Virus record (IMG/VR): IMGVR_UViG_3300034197_000036
Location: 1 to 39,105 of that record
Reading direction: 5' to 3' (one strand)
DNA length: 39,105 nucleotides
DNA from: a virus
Lineage: Duplodnaviria > Caudoviricetes
The position numbers and the translations under genes are program-made. Each line of letters opens with the position of its first letter. The stretch's first letter is position 1. Under the pieces are notes generated by a model. It ran no database searches and was not told where the DNA came from. It saw nothing but the letters and a program-made list of their open reading frames with translations. Shown in pieces: positions 18,476-27,462 of the stretch.

Positions 18476-18700
18476 ATGCTCATAGATTGTCCGGTTCTAT
18501 CAGACGACATGCCCACATACACCGAGGCCGCCATCCTCCTGATCGCGCGGCAGGCGATGCACGCATGGATACTAACCGACACGAACAAGTGGGTTCCAAA
18601 CCCCTTCTACGTGGGGCCGCCCGTGCTGCACCCCGATGACGGGGCTGTCGAACTTACTGACATCGACGCTTCAGTGAACCCTTTCGGGGCTGGGTCATGA
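18476..18700 (+). CDS. Hypothetical protein
   Basis: WILTD...W..NPFY.GP...HP pattern; SD present. Confidence 0.6.
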   Translation: MLIDCPVLSDDMPTYTEAAILLIARQAMHAWILTDTNKWVPNPFYVGPPVLHPDDGAVELTDIDASVNPFGAGS

Positions 18701-18828
18701 TCATGCGCTGCATCCTCGGGGGCTTGGGTCTTGCTGCCCTAGTTGTTGCTGAGCAGGGGACGGTGGTCCAGTCGTTGCTTCTGTGCCTGTTCGGCGCGGT
18801 CTTTTTGGCCGTTGCCTTTGAACTTTGA
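18697..18828 (+). CDS. Small two-TM peptide (43 aa)
   Basis: Translated manually; ATGA overlap. Confidence 0.45.
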   Translation: MIMRCILGGLGLAALVVAEQGTVVQSLLLCLFGAVFLAVAFEL

Positions 18829-18840
18829 GGTCTAGCGTAT

Positions 18841-18966
18841 ATGTCTGTCAGGATACTCCACGGGGATTGCCGGTCGGTTCTCCCCACGCTAGAGGCGGAC
18901 AGCGTCCATGCTGTGGTGACAGATCCTCCGTATGAACGCTGTTCTCTGACATCATCTGAGGCATAA
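18841..18966 (+). pseudogene. N-terminal stub of a beta-class N6A/N4C DNA methyltransferase
   Basis: MSVRILHGDCRSVLPTLEADSVHAVVTDPPYE, then a stop after 41 aa; GAGG SD. Confidence 0.8.
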
Positions 18967-18967
18967 C

Positions 18968-19975
18968 ATGCGAGTCCGGCTGACACAGATTGACGGCAAG
19001 ATGCCAAACTTGGCGCTGATGAAGCTGTCACACTGGCACAAGGCGCGCGGGGATGAGGTGGTGTTCACGCGGCAAGCTCATCGCGACGTGTTTGAGTCAG
19101 ACTATGACGTCGTTTACGGTTCTGCGATTTTTGAATTCTCGGCGCCAAAGATTGCGCGCTTCTTGGCGGACTGGCCATGCGCGATCCTTGGGGGCTCCTA
19201 TGACAAGGATAATAAACGTGCGGTCGAAGACATTACCGGACTGTATGACGGCCTCGATTACAGCCTTTATCCGGACTTCAAGCCTTCAATTGGCTACACG
19301 CAACGCGGTTGTCGCTTTAAGTGCGGATTCTGTAGCGTCCCCATCCGTGAGGGTAAAGCCAGGAGCGTCAACGTCGTTGCCGGAATATGGCGCGGCACCG
19401 GGCACCCAAAGCAATTGCACCTCCTTGACAACGATTTTTTCGGTCAACCTAAGCACGAATGGACTGCGAGACTGACGGAAATGCGCGATGGCGGGTTCAG
19501 GGTGTGTTTTAACCAGGGCATTAATATCCGCGTCATCACAGATGAGATTGCCCGCGCGATCGCTTCCGTCGAATATCGTGACGATAAGTTCAAGGAGCGT
19601 CGACTTTATACCGCATGGGACTCACTCGGCGACGAGATGCTGTTCTTTCGCGGTGTGAAGCACCTAGAGGACGCAGGCATCCCGCCGAAGCATCTGCGCG
19701 TCTACATGCTTATCGGTTGGGATCCGGATGAACAGGAGCGGGACATCCTTTATCGCTTCAATGCGATGGCTGATCTCGGCATAGAACCGTATCCGATGGT
19801 GTACGACTGTCGTGCGACCGATCTGGCGCGATATAGGCGACTGAAGCAGGTCCAGCGGTGGGCCGTGACCGGGCTGTATCGGGCTATCCCGTTTAGCGAT
19901 TACGACAGCAGCGCCAAGTCTGGACGTGGTCCTGATATGCGCCAGTTCGGGTTGTTCGAAGAGGCGGCGTCGTGA
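18968..19975 (+). CDS. Radical SAM protein (phage type)
   Basis: RGCRFKCGFC (CxxxCxxC); PNLALMKLS N-terminal domain; LLDNDF. Confidence 0.9.
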   Translation: MRVRLTQIDGKMPNLALMKLSHWHKARGDEVVFTRQAHRDVFESDYDVVYGSAIFEFSAPKIARFLADWPCAILGGSYDKDNKRAVEDITGLYDGLDYSLYPDFKPSIGYTQRGCRFKCGFCSVPIREGKARSVNVVAGIWRGTGHPKQLHLLDNDFFGQPKHEWTARLTEMRDGGFRVCFNQGINIRVITDEIARAIASVEYRDDKFKERRLYTAWDSLGDEMLFFRGVKHLEDAGIPPKHLRVYMLIGWDPDEQERDILYRFNAMADLGIEPYPMVYDCRATDLARYRRLKQVQRWAVTGLYRAIPFSDYDSSAKSGRGPDMRQFGLFEEAAS

Positions 19976-19984
19976 CGCTACCTT
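19969..19984 (+). promoter_or_regulatory. Putative late-promoter motif, copy 3
   Basis: GTCGTGACGCTACCTT, 22 nt before the portal ATG. Confidence 0.6.
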
Positions 19985-19990
19985 TGGGGT

Positions 19991-21736
19991 ATGTCCGACG
20001 ATGCCCGCGATGTTGCCTTCAATCCTGACGCGCCGGCCTCAGAAAGGTTCGACGCGAACGCCGTTCTAGGCAAGGCGTATCGGCCCACGGCTGGCGGCCT
20101 AATCCCGCCCGAAACCCTCCGCCCCTTAATCGACATGATCAACCAGGGGCTGGATGACGCGGACCTGCTCAAGGCGGCGAACATCGTCAAATTCCCGGAC
20201 GCGCGCGGCGGCTACGGCCGGGCGCAGACGCACCGCAACGACAAAAGAGGCATGCAGTCCCTGTACGTGGATGACCTCCAGGTCTTTGCCCAGGGGGATT
20301 ATTTCGAGAAGCCAAGCCCCATAGGGTTTGAGGGGCTTCGCCACATGTGCGAGCAAACGCCGATCCTCGCCTCAGTCATCCAGACGCGCATCCGCCAGGT
20401 CAACCGCTTCTGCGGTATCAGCGAGGATGGCGGGCCCGGTTTCGAGATCAGGCACGTCGACCGCAAGCACATCCTCACCCCGGAGGAGACCACCGTCACC
20501 GGGCTCCTCGGGCAGTTTATGGCCAACTGTGGATGGGAGTTCAACGCCCGATCCCGCAAGCGCCTGCGCCGGGATCCGTTCTCGCAATTCATGGCCAAGA
20601 GCATGCGGGACTCACTGGCGATGGATGCCTGCCCGATCGAGACCGAATGGAAGCGGGACCGCAATCTTGGGTTCGATGGTTTTTACGCGGTCGATGGCGC
20701 TACGGTCAGACTGTGCATGGAAGATGGTTACCAGGGGGATGATGAGATCGTGGCGCTGCAGGTTGTGCATGGCCGCGTCGTCACGGGGTATTCCTGGGAT
20801 CACCTGATCTATGAGGTTCGCAATCCGCGGACTGACGTGCGGCTATCGGGCTATGGGTGCGCCGAACCTGAGTTGATGATCCGTGTGGTGACCGGCTTCC
20901 TGAACGCGATGAGTTATAATATCGCCGGGTTCGATCAGAACAGCATCCCAAAGGGAATGTTGCACATGAGCGGGGACTACAGCCAAGAGGACTTGGTTGC
21001 GTTCCGACGCTACTGGAACAGCATGGTCAGGGGCGTCAACAACGCCTGGGCGCTCCCGGTGATGATCTCCAAGGACCAGGAGTCCAAAGCCACCTTTGAG
21101 CGGTTCGGTGTTGAATTCAATGAGATGTATTTCTCAAAATGGATGACGTTCCTATCTAGCATTGTTTGTGCCATATACGGAATGGACCCGGCTGAGATAA
21201 ACTTTGAGAGTTTCGCAGCAAATAAGTCCAGCCTGTCGGGCAATGATACCGGTGAGAAATTAGCGGCAGCACAGGACAAGGGCCTGCGGCCGTTCATGAG
21301 CTTCTTTGAGAACATTCTAACCGACTTCATCGTGAAGGAGTTTGCAGAGAAATACTGCTTCCGCTGGGTCGGAATGGATGAGGAAGACGAAGAAAAGGCG
21401 TGGGAAGCGCAGAAGTTGACCCTGACCCTTAATGAGCTTCGCGCGGAGAAGGGTTACGAGCCGTACCCTGTTGAGGATGATGGGCTGGACCTAGGTGGCG
21501 CACCGCTCAACCCTGCCTTGGTCGGCGCCTGGCAGATGTCCAATCAGCCTCAACCCGGTGAGGAATTCGGTGGCGAGGCTGGCGAGCAAGAGGACTTCGG
21601 GCAGGTTCCTGACGATGGCGGCGGGGACAGTCCCGGTGGGATGCCGCCTGATGCGGGTCCACCATCTGGTGGAGACTTCGGCGCGAGCAAGCAGCCTGAG
21701 CCGGCGATGGCCAAGGCGTTCATTATAGGAGCCTGA
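19991..21736 (+). CDS. Portal protein
   Basis: F.QNSIPKGML, CAIYGMDPAEI, GLRPFM.F.E, LTLNELRA..GYEP motifs. Confidence 0.9.
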   Translation: MSDDARDVAFNPDAPASERFDANAVLGKAYRPTAGGLIPPETLRPLIDMINQGLDDADLLKAANIVKFPDARGGYGRAQTHRNDKRGMQSLYVDDLQVFAQGDYFEKPSPIGFEGLRHMCEQTPILASVIQTRIRQVNRFCGISEDGGPGFEIRHVDRKHILTPEETTVTGLLGQFMANCGWEFNARSRKRLRRDPFSQFMAKSMRDSLAMDACPIETEWKRDRNLGFDGFYAVDGATVRLCMEDGYQGDDEIVALQVVHGRVVTGYSWDHLIYEVRNPRTDVRLSGYGCAEPELMIRVVTGFLNAMSYNIAGFDQNSIPKGMLHMSGDYSQEDLVAFRRYWNSMVRGVNNAWALPVMISKDQESKATFERFGVEFNEMYFSKWMTFLSSIVCAIYGMDPAEINFESFAANKSSLSGNDTGEKLAAAQDKGLRPFMSFFENILTDFIVKEFAEKYCFRWVGMDEEDEEKAWEAQKLTLTLNELRAEKGYEPYPVEDDGLDLGGAPLNPALVGAWQMSNQPQPGEEFGGEAGEQEDFGQVPDDGGGDSPGGMPPDAGPPSGGDFGASKQPEPAMAKAFIIGA

Positions 21737-21737
21737 C

Positions 21738-22010
21738 ATGGCTGAGAAAGCGGTTGATGTTTCGATAGCGGCGCTGGCGATCTACGGGGCTGGCTCTTGG
21801 CGCGCGGTCACGCCGTCAGACACGGTCCCTCTGGACCCGGGTTGCAGAGGGCTTTACGTAACAGCAACAGGGACCTTGTCGATTAAGGGGGTATGGGACA
21901 GCACGGCGGCCAGCCTCGGCACGCCTGCTGCCAATGTCCTAATCCCGGGGCGCTTTGCTTACGTCATGAGCACAGGCACATCCGCCACAGTCCTGGCGCT
22001 GTATCAGTAA
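21738..22010 (+). CDS. Head spike-base protein (RcGTA Rcc01079-like)
   Basis: AVTPSD..L....RGLYV...G.L...P.R...V.STGT.AT pattern. Confidence 0.65.
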   Translation: MAEKAVDVSIAALAIYGAGSWRAVTPSDTVPLDPGCRGLYVTATGTLSIKGVWDSTAASLGTPAANVLIPGRFAYVMSTGTSATVLALYQ

Positions 22011-24103
22011 TGCCTAAGCCGAACAAAGCCACGCAGACAGCCGCAGACGGGCTTGATGTGGGCGATGTCGTCTACGCCAAGCACCCGCAGAAAGGCGCTG
22101 TGGCGGTCACGGTTAAAGCCGTCGGGGCGCATGGCTTCACGGCCGACGATGAGACCGGCGCGCGGCACAAACTCCACCACGAGACCTATCTAGGCCACAA
22201 GACGCGCATGCTCCACACGTATGAGCTTGTGGACCAGGGCGCTGATGGCGTTTTGGTCGAGAACCAACAGGGCAGGCGCCGCTTCCTCCGTGGTGAGCTT
22301 CCCAAGGAAAAGGAAGGCTCTGACAACGGGGGCATGAACGGGTCGGACGCTGGCGACCCACTGCTTGGCGGGCTGGACCTGATGACAAAGGCGCTCACAC
22401 CGCCTCGGCCGCTTCCTCCATTTCCGGACCTACTGTTCTTCAAAGCCGGCTCGATCGCGCGCCGCCCGGGGCTCATGCTGCAGGACCGGACAGACAGGAC
22501 CGGCCGTCACCAAAAGAAGTGGGTCCGAACCCAAAAGGACCAGCCGCACCCGCGCGAGCGCAAGGGGCAAGAGGACGAGCCGAAGCCACGCCAGAAGGCT
22601 GCTGACAAGCCAGAGCCGACCCGCCACAAGCATGGCGACGAAGTCACGTTCACCCATGACAACATCGAAGGGCGCGGGGTTATCGTGGCCAGCGGCAAGG
22701 ATGGCGCCACGATCAGGGACGCCTCCGGGCGCGAGCACCAGGTCCGCCACGAGGCGATTGAACCGCCACCGCAGTATGAGGCGAGGAACGAAGGCGAGGA
22801 CGATAAGGCATACGCCAAGCGCAGCATCGACAAGATGCCATCTCCTAAGCATGTCCCGGAGCAACACGATCGCTTTTTCAACATGGACAAGGCGACCGCG
22901 ACAATCCCTCTCGACAAGCTGGTCAGCACCAAATCAGACGCAGAGAACAAGCAGGGTGGCGACAACGCACCGAAGCGGTTGATGGCCGCCTACCACGGCA
23001 AGGTGGCTAAGCGGGATCCGATCACGGTCCGCCCGACGGGTGACGGCAAGTACGAGGTGGTCGACGGAAACGGGACATTCACAGCGGCGAAAGCGGCAGG
23101 GTGGAAAGCTATCCCGGTCCAGCAAGAGGGCGGCGCTAAGGCAGGTGGCGAACAGGGCCCGCTGTTTGATGAGACCGACGTTGCCCACCTCCCGCCACCG
23201 CCGGCAGAGGCAATCGGACAGCCGGTCAAGACCGAGGCTGAGATATTTGAGAAGGCCCAAGAGGCACAGAAGCAACTGGAAGAATGGCTGGACCTCGGCA
23301 AAGGCGTTGCTGCGAAACTCGGTTTCGAGCGCGCCAAGGGGTCGCCGGATGACGAGGGCGCGCTGGATGGGACGGGCGGAAAGCTATTCATCGCCCCGAT
23401 CAAGTCGGCCAAGCGGTCAGCGGAGAAGGTAAGAGACGACTATGCCGGGGACTGGTCGAAACTCCTCGATCCCGTGCGCTGCTCTTTCGCGTGCGACACC
23501 TTTGACGATGTCCGCCGCACACTGGTTGCCTTGAAGCAAAGCGGCATGAAGCTGCACCGCAAGCCCAAGGACAGGTTCGCGAAGCCCACCGATGAAGGCT
23601 ATCGGGACTGCATGCTGAACGTAGTTCTTCCCAACGGTCTGGTCGGTGAGGTGCAGGTCCACGTCAAGGAAATGCTGAAGGCCAAGGCCGAAGGCCATAA
23701 GTGGTATGAGATACAGAGGGAACTGGACGGGAAGGCCCAGACTGGGGATTTATCCACAGAAGAACAGTCGAAACGCCTTGCATCTGTAGAAGCGCAGAGG
23801 CAAATATATGGAGCGGCGTGGAAAAAAGCCACGGGCAAAAACCAGGAGGGACAGATGGCCAAAGCCCTCAATATCACAGGCAAGACCTACACATACTACG
23901 AAAAGGACAACGCCTATTTCCGGCGCCTGGAGCGGCCTGGCGGGCATGATGCTGCGTCGATTGATGACGTCCTGCATGGTGACAAGTGGGTGCCATACAA
24001 GGGCGACAGGCTGGCGCCGGTAGTGTTCGGCGACCGGGTTGACGATCCGCTTGGTTCGGACTCTGGTGAGGAGAAGCCCGATGCGGCGGGTGCTGCTTCT
24101 TAA
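22010..24103 (+). CDS. Multidomain head-region protein: SH3/Tudor-like + ParB/Srx-like + RelA/SpoT-type nucleotidyltransferase
   Basis: PITV.....GKYEVVDGNGT..AAK..GW..IPV; IKS..R..EK....Y.GD...L.D.VR; KDRF....GYRD...NV......EVQVH. Confidence 0.8.
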   Translation: MPKPNKATQTAADGLDVGDVVYAKHPQKGAVAVTVKAVGAHGFTADDETGARHKLHHETYLGHKTRMLHTYELVDQGADGVLVENQQGRRRFLRGELPKEKEGSDNGGMNGSDAGDPLLGGLDLMTKALTPPRPLPPFPDLLFFKAGSIARRPGLMLQDRTDRTGRHQKKWVRTQKDQPHPRERKGQEDEPKPRQKAADKPEPTRHKHGDEVTFTHDNIEGRGVIVASGKDGATIRDASGREHQVRHEAIEPPPQYEARNEGEDDKAYAKRSIDKMPSPKHVPEQHDRFFNMDKATATIPLDKLVSTKSDAENKQGGDNAPKRLMAAYHGKVAKRDPITVRPTGDGKYEVVDGNGTFTAAKAAGWKAIPVQQEGGAKAGGEQGPLFDETDVAHLPPPPAEAIGQPVKTEAEIFEKAQEAQKQLEEWLDLGKGVAAKLGFERAKGSPDDEGALDGTGGKLFIAPIKSAKRSAEKVRDDYAGDWSKLLDPVRCSFACDTFDDVRRTLVALKQSGMKLHRKPKDRFAKPTDEGYRDCMLNVVLPNGLVGEVQVHVKEMLKAKAEGHKWYEIQRELDGKAQTGDLSTEEQSKRLASVEAQRQIYGAAWKKATGKNQEGQMAKALNITGKTYTYYEKDNAYFRRLERPGGHDAASIDDVLHGDKWVPYKGDRLAPVVFGDRVDDPLGSDSGEEKPDAAGAAS

Positions 24104-25058
24104 GGCTGCCATCAAGGGCGGCGCGGTTGGCGACCTCTTTGCCGAACCGGTGCCGGTCAAGGGGCACACCAGGGGCGCGCGTTACATCCTACCCACCACG
24201 GCCATCCGTCATAAGAAGCATGAGGAGCCGAAGGCAATGACCTGGGGGACACAGGCGCCAGAGACGCTAAAGGCGGCATGGGTGGCTCGGAAGGTTGCGC
24301 GGGAGGCATTCGAGCCGCTTCAGCAGAACGCGATGATCCGTGGCATTCGCAAGGACCCTGCCGTTGAAGCGGCGCAGATCAAGCTGGATGCGGCGAACGC
24401 AAGCGTAGCGGCAGAGGAGATCGCAGCACGTTGGCACAAGCCGTCAACGGGCGCATCTATCCTGGCGCTATACGGCATTCCTGCGCGCGGGAAACAACTC
24501 TTCTACTCGGTCCAAGAGACCTACATGGCGGGCAAGCCTCGGCCGCGGGCCATCTTCGTGACGACGGCCAGCGCCAAGGATCCTGACAAGCCAAGCGGCG
24601 GCACACCACGCGAGCGCATCGGCATTACGTGGGACGGGACTGAACCCAGGTTTCAACCGTTCTACTGGGACTACGGCACGGCATCCTACGGGCCGGGCTG
24701 GCGCGAGACCCGTCACAAACCAATGGACGTTGCCGGGCTGCAGGCATACCTGCGGAAAGAGGACGAAGCCCTCCAGAAGTATGTGGACGAGGCTCCTGCG
24801 CGACAGGCCGAGTGGGAATCGGCGCGAGACGCTGAGTTGGCTGAAGCCGAAGCCGCCCGTACGCCGCCACCGCAGCCCGAACCGCTGCCTATCGTCTCCC
24901 ATGTCACCAAGAGCGGCAAGACCATCAAGGGTATTGTCCGCAAGGATGTCACGCGCGAGCAAGCGCAGTCGATAGACGAATACACGTTCGGCAAGGATGG
25001 CGGGTTCTTCATCCGAGAGAAGCACGTCCCTGCGCGCCTGCGTTTGGAGACTGCATGA
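24081..25058 (+). CDS. Putative internal virion (ejected) protein
   Basis: GAGGAG SD; N-terminal LLKA..LF...VKGHTR leader shared with the next gene. Confidence 0.65.
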   Translation: MRRVLLLKAAIKGGAVGDLFAEPVPVKGHTRGARYILPTTAIRHKKHEEPKAMTWGTQAPETLKAAWVARKVAREAFEPLQQNAMIRGIRKDPAVEAAQIKLDAANASVAAEEIAARWHKPSTGASILALYGIPARGKQLFYSVQETYMAGKPRPRAIFVTTASAKDPDKPSGGTPRERIGITWDGTEPRFQPFYWDYGTASYGPGWRETRHKPMDVAGLQAYLRKEDEALQKYVDEAPARQAEWESARDAELAEAEAARTPPPQPEPLPIVSHVTKSGKTIKGIVRKDVTREQAQSIDEYTFGKDGGFFIREKHVPARLRLETA

Positions 25059-26158
25059 TGTTGATGATCCTTCGTAAGGCGACGATCCACGCTGCCGGTC
25101 AGTCGTCGCTCTTCCCAGAGCATGTCCAGGTAAAGGGCCACGTCAGGGAGGGGCGCTTCGTCGGGCCGCACACAGCGACGCGGCGAAAGCGGATCGAAGA
25201 GGCGCCGAACCAGCACATGCCGCAGGACGTGCCGGACAAACCCACCGATAAGAAGATGTCTCCAGAGGCTGAAGCAAAGTGGGAGGCTATGTTGGCGCGC
25301 GGCGCTGCCGATAAGAAGCGCGCACAGGAATATGCGGACGCCGGAAAACCGATGAAGTTCAAGGACAACCATCGGGATGACATGACGTGGCTTGTCACTC
25401 CGGAGGTTCATGAGGGACACAAGCCCGGCGCCTGGCGCGCGACTTACTTCGATGCTTCTGGCCCGGCGGGCCACATGGAGTTCAACAACGCCTTTGATGC
25501 GTTCATGGAAATGCGGGCGAAAGAGCCGATCGCACCAAAGCCCCTAGTCGTAGTGAAACCGACGGCGGAACCCGAAGCCAAGCCAGCGCCGAAGGAGCCA
25601 GAACTCCCCAAGGGCGCGGAATGGATTGAGGGAAGGGGGCCGCTTGGCTCTGGCAAGTGGGGCGTGAGGCTGTCGAAGGACACACCCGGTCTGACGCATG
25701 GCCGTTTGGGTTTCGGCAACCTGTTCCCGACTAAGGCGGAAGCAGCAGCGGACGCGCATGTTCGGACCAAAGAACACGGGGAATGGGTTGAACGAGAGAA
25801 AGCCAAGGAGGCGCGCGATCAGGCGATTGCGGCAAAGCTGAAGGCAGGTGAGGAAATCACCGATGATGACCTGAAGCACCTCGGGCTACGCACACAAGGC
25901 GGTTCGTGGTTTGATTACATATCTCCCGTCGTGCAAAGGCTATTCCCGCACATCAGCAAGGCTAAGGTCCGGGAGGCAATGGGCGATGCGCTGCGCGACA
26001 GCCATTCAGACATGGGCGTGAAAAAGACCATCGCGAACCCACGCAAGGCACTCGCCAATGCCGCGGCATGGAAGCCAGCGCCGAAGGTCGTCGTCACCAG
26101 GGGGAAGAAGGATGACGGTAGCAGGAAGTCAAAGTCGGGGCGGACGGTGGTTGGATGA
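25055..26158 (+). CDS. Putative internal virion (ejected) protein
   Basis: N-terminal LRKA..LF...VKGHVR leader; mosaic with Pro/Lys linkers. Confidence 0.65.
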   Translation: MMLMILRKATIHAAGQSSLFPEHVQVKGHVREGRFVGPHTATRRKRIEEAPNQHMPQDVPDKPTDKKMSPEAEAKWEAMLARGAADKKRAQEYADAGKPMKFKDNHRDDMTWLVTPEVHEGHKPGAWRATYFDASGPAGHMEFNNAFDAFMEMRAKEPIAPKPLVVVKPTAEPEAKPAPKEPELPKGAEWIEGRGPLGSGKWGVRLSKDTPGLTHGRLGFGNLFPTKAEAAADAHVRTKEHGEWVEREKAKEARDQAIAAKLKAGEEITDDDLKHLGLRTQGGSWFDYISPVVQRLFPHISKAKVREAMGDALRDSHSDMGVKKTIANPRKALANAAAWKPAPKVVVTRGKKDDGSRKSKSGRTVVG

Positions 26159-26313
26159 AGCTCGGACAGGCCGCCAAAACACCCAAAGAGAAGTCTGACG
26201 TGTCCTATCTGAAACAGGACATCGCCACAGCAAAGCGGCTTGGGAAGAACGCTCAGGCCGCTGTGCTGATTAAGAAGCTGGAGGCGTTGGATGCTTCACA
26301 GCAAGGGTCGTGA
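26155..26313 (+). CDS. Hypothetical protein (52 aa)
   Basis: ATGA overlap; translated manually. Confidence 0.4.
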   Translation: MKLGQAAKTPKEKSDVSYLKQDIATAKRLGKNAQAAVLIKKLEALDASQQGS

Positions 26314-26322
26314 TGGCATCCT
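26307..26322 (+). promoter_or_regulatory. Putative late-promoter motif, copy 4
   Basis: GTCGTGATGGCATCCT, 22 nt before ATG 26329. Confidence 0.6.
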
Positions 26323-26328
26323 CTCTCC

Positions 26329-26676
26329 ATGAGCGAGCACAACTACACCGGTTTTAGGCAGTGCGAGCCGTGCGGCGGGTCGGGGTTCCTGCGCTTTGGT
26401 GAGTTCCCGTACTCGTTCCATGCGTGCGGGCCGTGTGGGGGCTCCGGGCAGGTTTACCTGGAACTGAGGGGCGATGCTCCGAAGGCTGCGGCAGTGAGTG
26501 CGGGCGCGAGCTTCGCGGCACAGCGGACGGCTAACGCAACCGGCGCTGTGGCTGAATCGCTTGGGGTTATGAGTGACGAAGAGATTGCGGACGCCTGCGC
26601 TGCGTGGAAGGCCAATCATGCGGCCTTCACCTTCCATGCTGCACACGCCCTATTTTATCAGGGAGACGACGATTGA
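26329..26676 (+). CDS. DnaJ-type zinc-finger protein
   Basis: CEPCGGSG and CGPCGGSG. Confidence 0.65.
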   Translation: MSEHNYTGFRQCEPCGGSGFLRFGEFPYSFHACGPCGGSGQVYLELRGDAPKAAAVSAGASFAAQRTANATGAVAESLGVMSDEEIADACAAWKANHAAFTFHAAHALFYQGDDD

Positions 26677-27140
26677 CCGTCACCACGAGCCCCGCTGAGT
26701 TAGAGGCAGCAGCCAAGCGCGCGGCGGTCCTGGGGGCGCCTGCGTCCTACGTTTCCGCGCTCTACACTGAAGCAGCGGCCAACGCTGGTGACATCGCATT
26801 CACCCGGGCGGTTGCTGATCAGGCTGCGGCTTACGCACGTCTTGCCGCACAGTGGGCGGGCAGCAGTGCCATGACCAGTCCGATGGGTCCGATCACCTGG
26901 ACGGTTGCCGGATGGGGCGCGTTCACGAACGGCTCCGGGCTGGTGCAGCGTATGGCGTCCCGGTTCAGTGCAGCCGGCGCTGGCGCGATGTCCGGTGGTG
27001 CTGTTCAGTGGTGGAAAACGCCCGCCAGTGCTATGGCTGGGGCAGGCGCGCTGTCCGGCGGATCCACCCAACGGTGGCGGGTTCCGAACAGCGCCATGGC
27101 CGGCGCTGGGGCTTTTGCTGGCAACGGCGTCCGGCCGTAG
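26673..27140 (+). CDS. Ala/Gly-rich putative structural protein with three ~20-aa repeats
   Basis: GGAG SD + TTG; AGAGA(M/L/F)(S/A)G repeats. Confidence 0.55.
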   Translation: MTVTTSPAELEAAAKRAAVLGAPASYVSALYTEAAANAGDIAFTRAVADQAAAYARLAAQWAGSSAMTSPMGPITWTVAGWGAFTNGSGLVQRMASRFSAAGAGAMSGGAVQWWKTPASAMAGAGALSGGSTQRWRVPNSAMAGAGAFAGNGVRP

Positions 27141-27155
27141 AGAAAGGATTAAGTT

Positions 27156-27458
27156 ATGAGCGTTACGCAGACCCCCAAGGAACTGGTCGCCGCGGCGGAT
27201 CGCGAAAAGGCACTCGGCAACCACGCCTATGCGAGTCATCTTTATAACATGGCATGGCTGAACGCCGGCGCGGCGCCAGCTATCCAGGAAGCCAGCATGC
27301 CCCGGCTGTCGCCTGCGCTCGTCGGTCCCTGGACATCCGCACTGCAGACCGCTCGCGCGGCCTATGCCACATCCCGGAACACTGCGATCGACGCAAGCCA
27401 CGTCCGCAAGAACACGGGACAGGATGGTCGGGTCCTGAGTTCCGGCCCCGTCTCCTAA
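27156..27458 (+). CDS. Hypothetical protein
   Basis: AAGGA SD. Confidence 0.6.
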   Translation: MSVTQTPKELVAAADREKALGNHAYASHLYNMAWLNAGAAPAIQEASMPRLSPALVGPWTSALQTARAAYATSRNTAIDASHVRKNTGQDGRVLSSGPVS

Positions 27459-27462
27459 TTCC

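Noticed and set aside
18968-19975. Radical SAM as QueE completing the preQ0 pathway
   Set aside because: Cys motif lies about 115 aa in, after an extra N-terminal domain; QueE-type motifs and size are not matched
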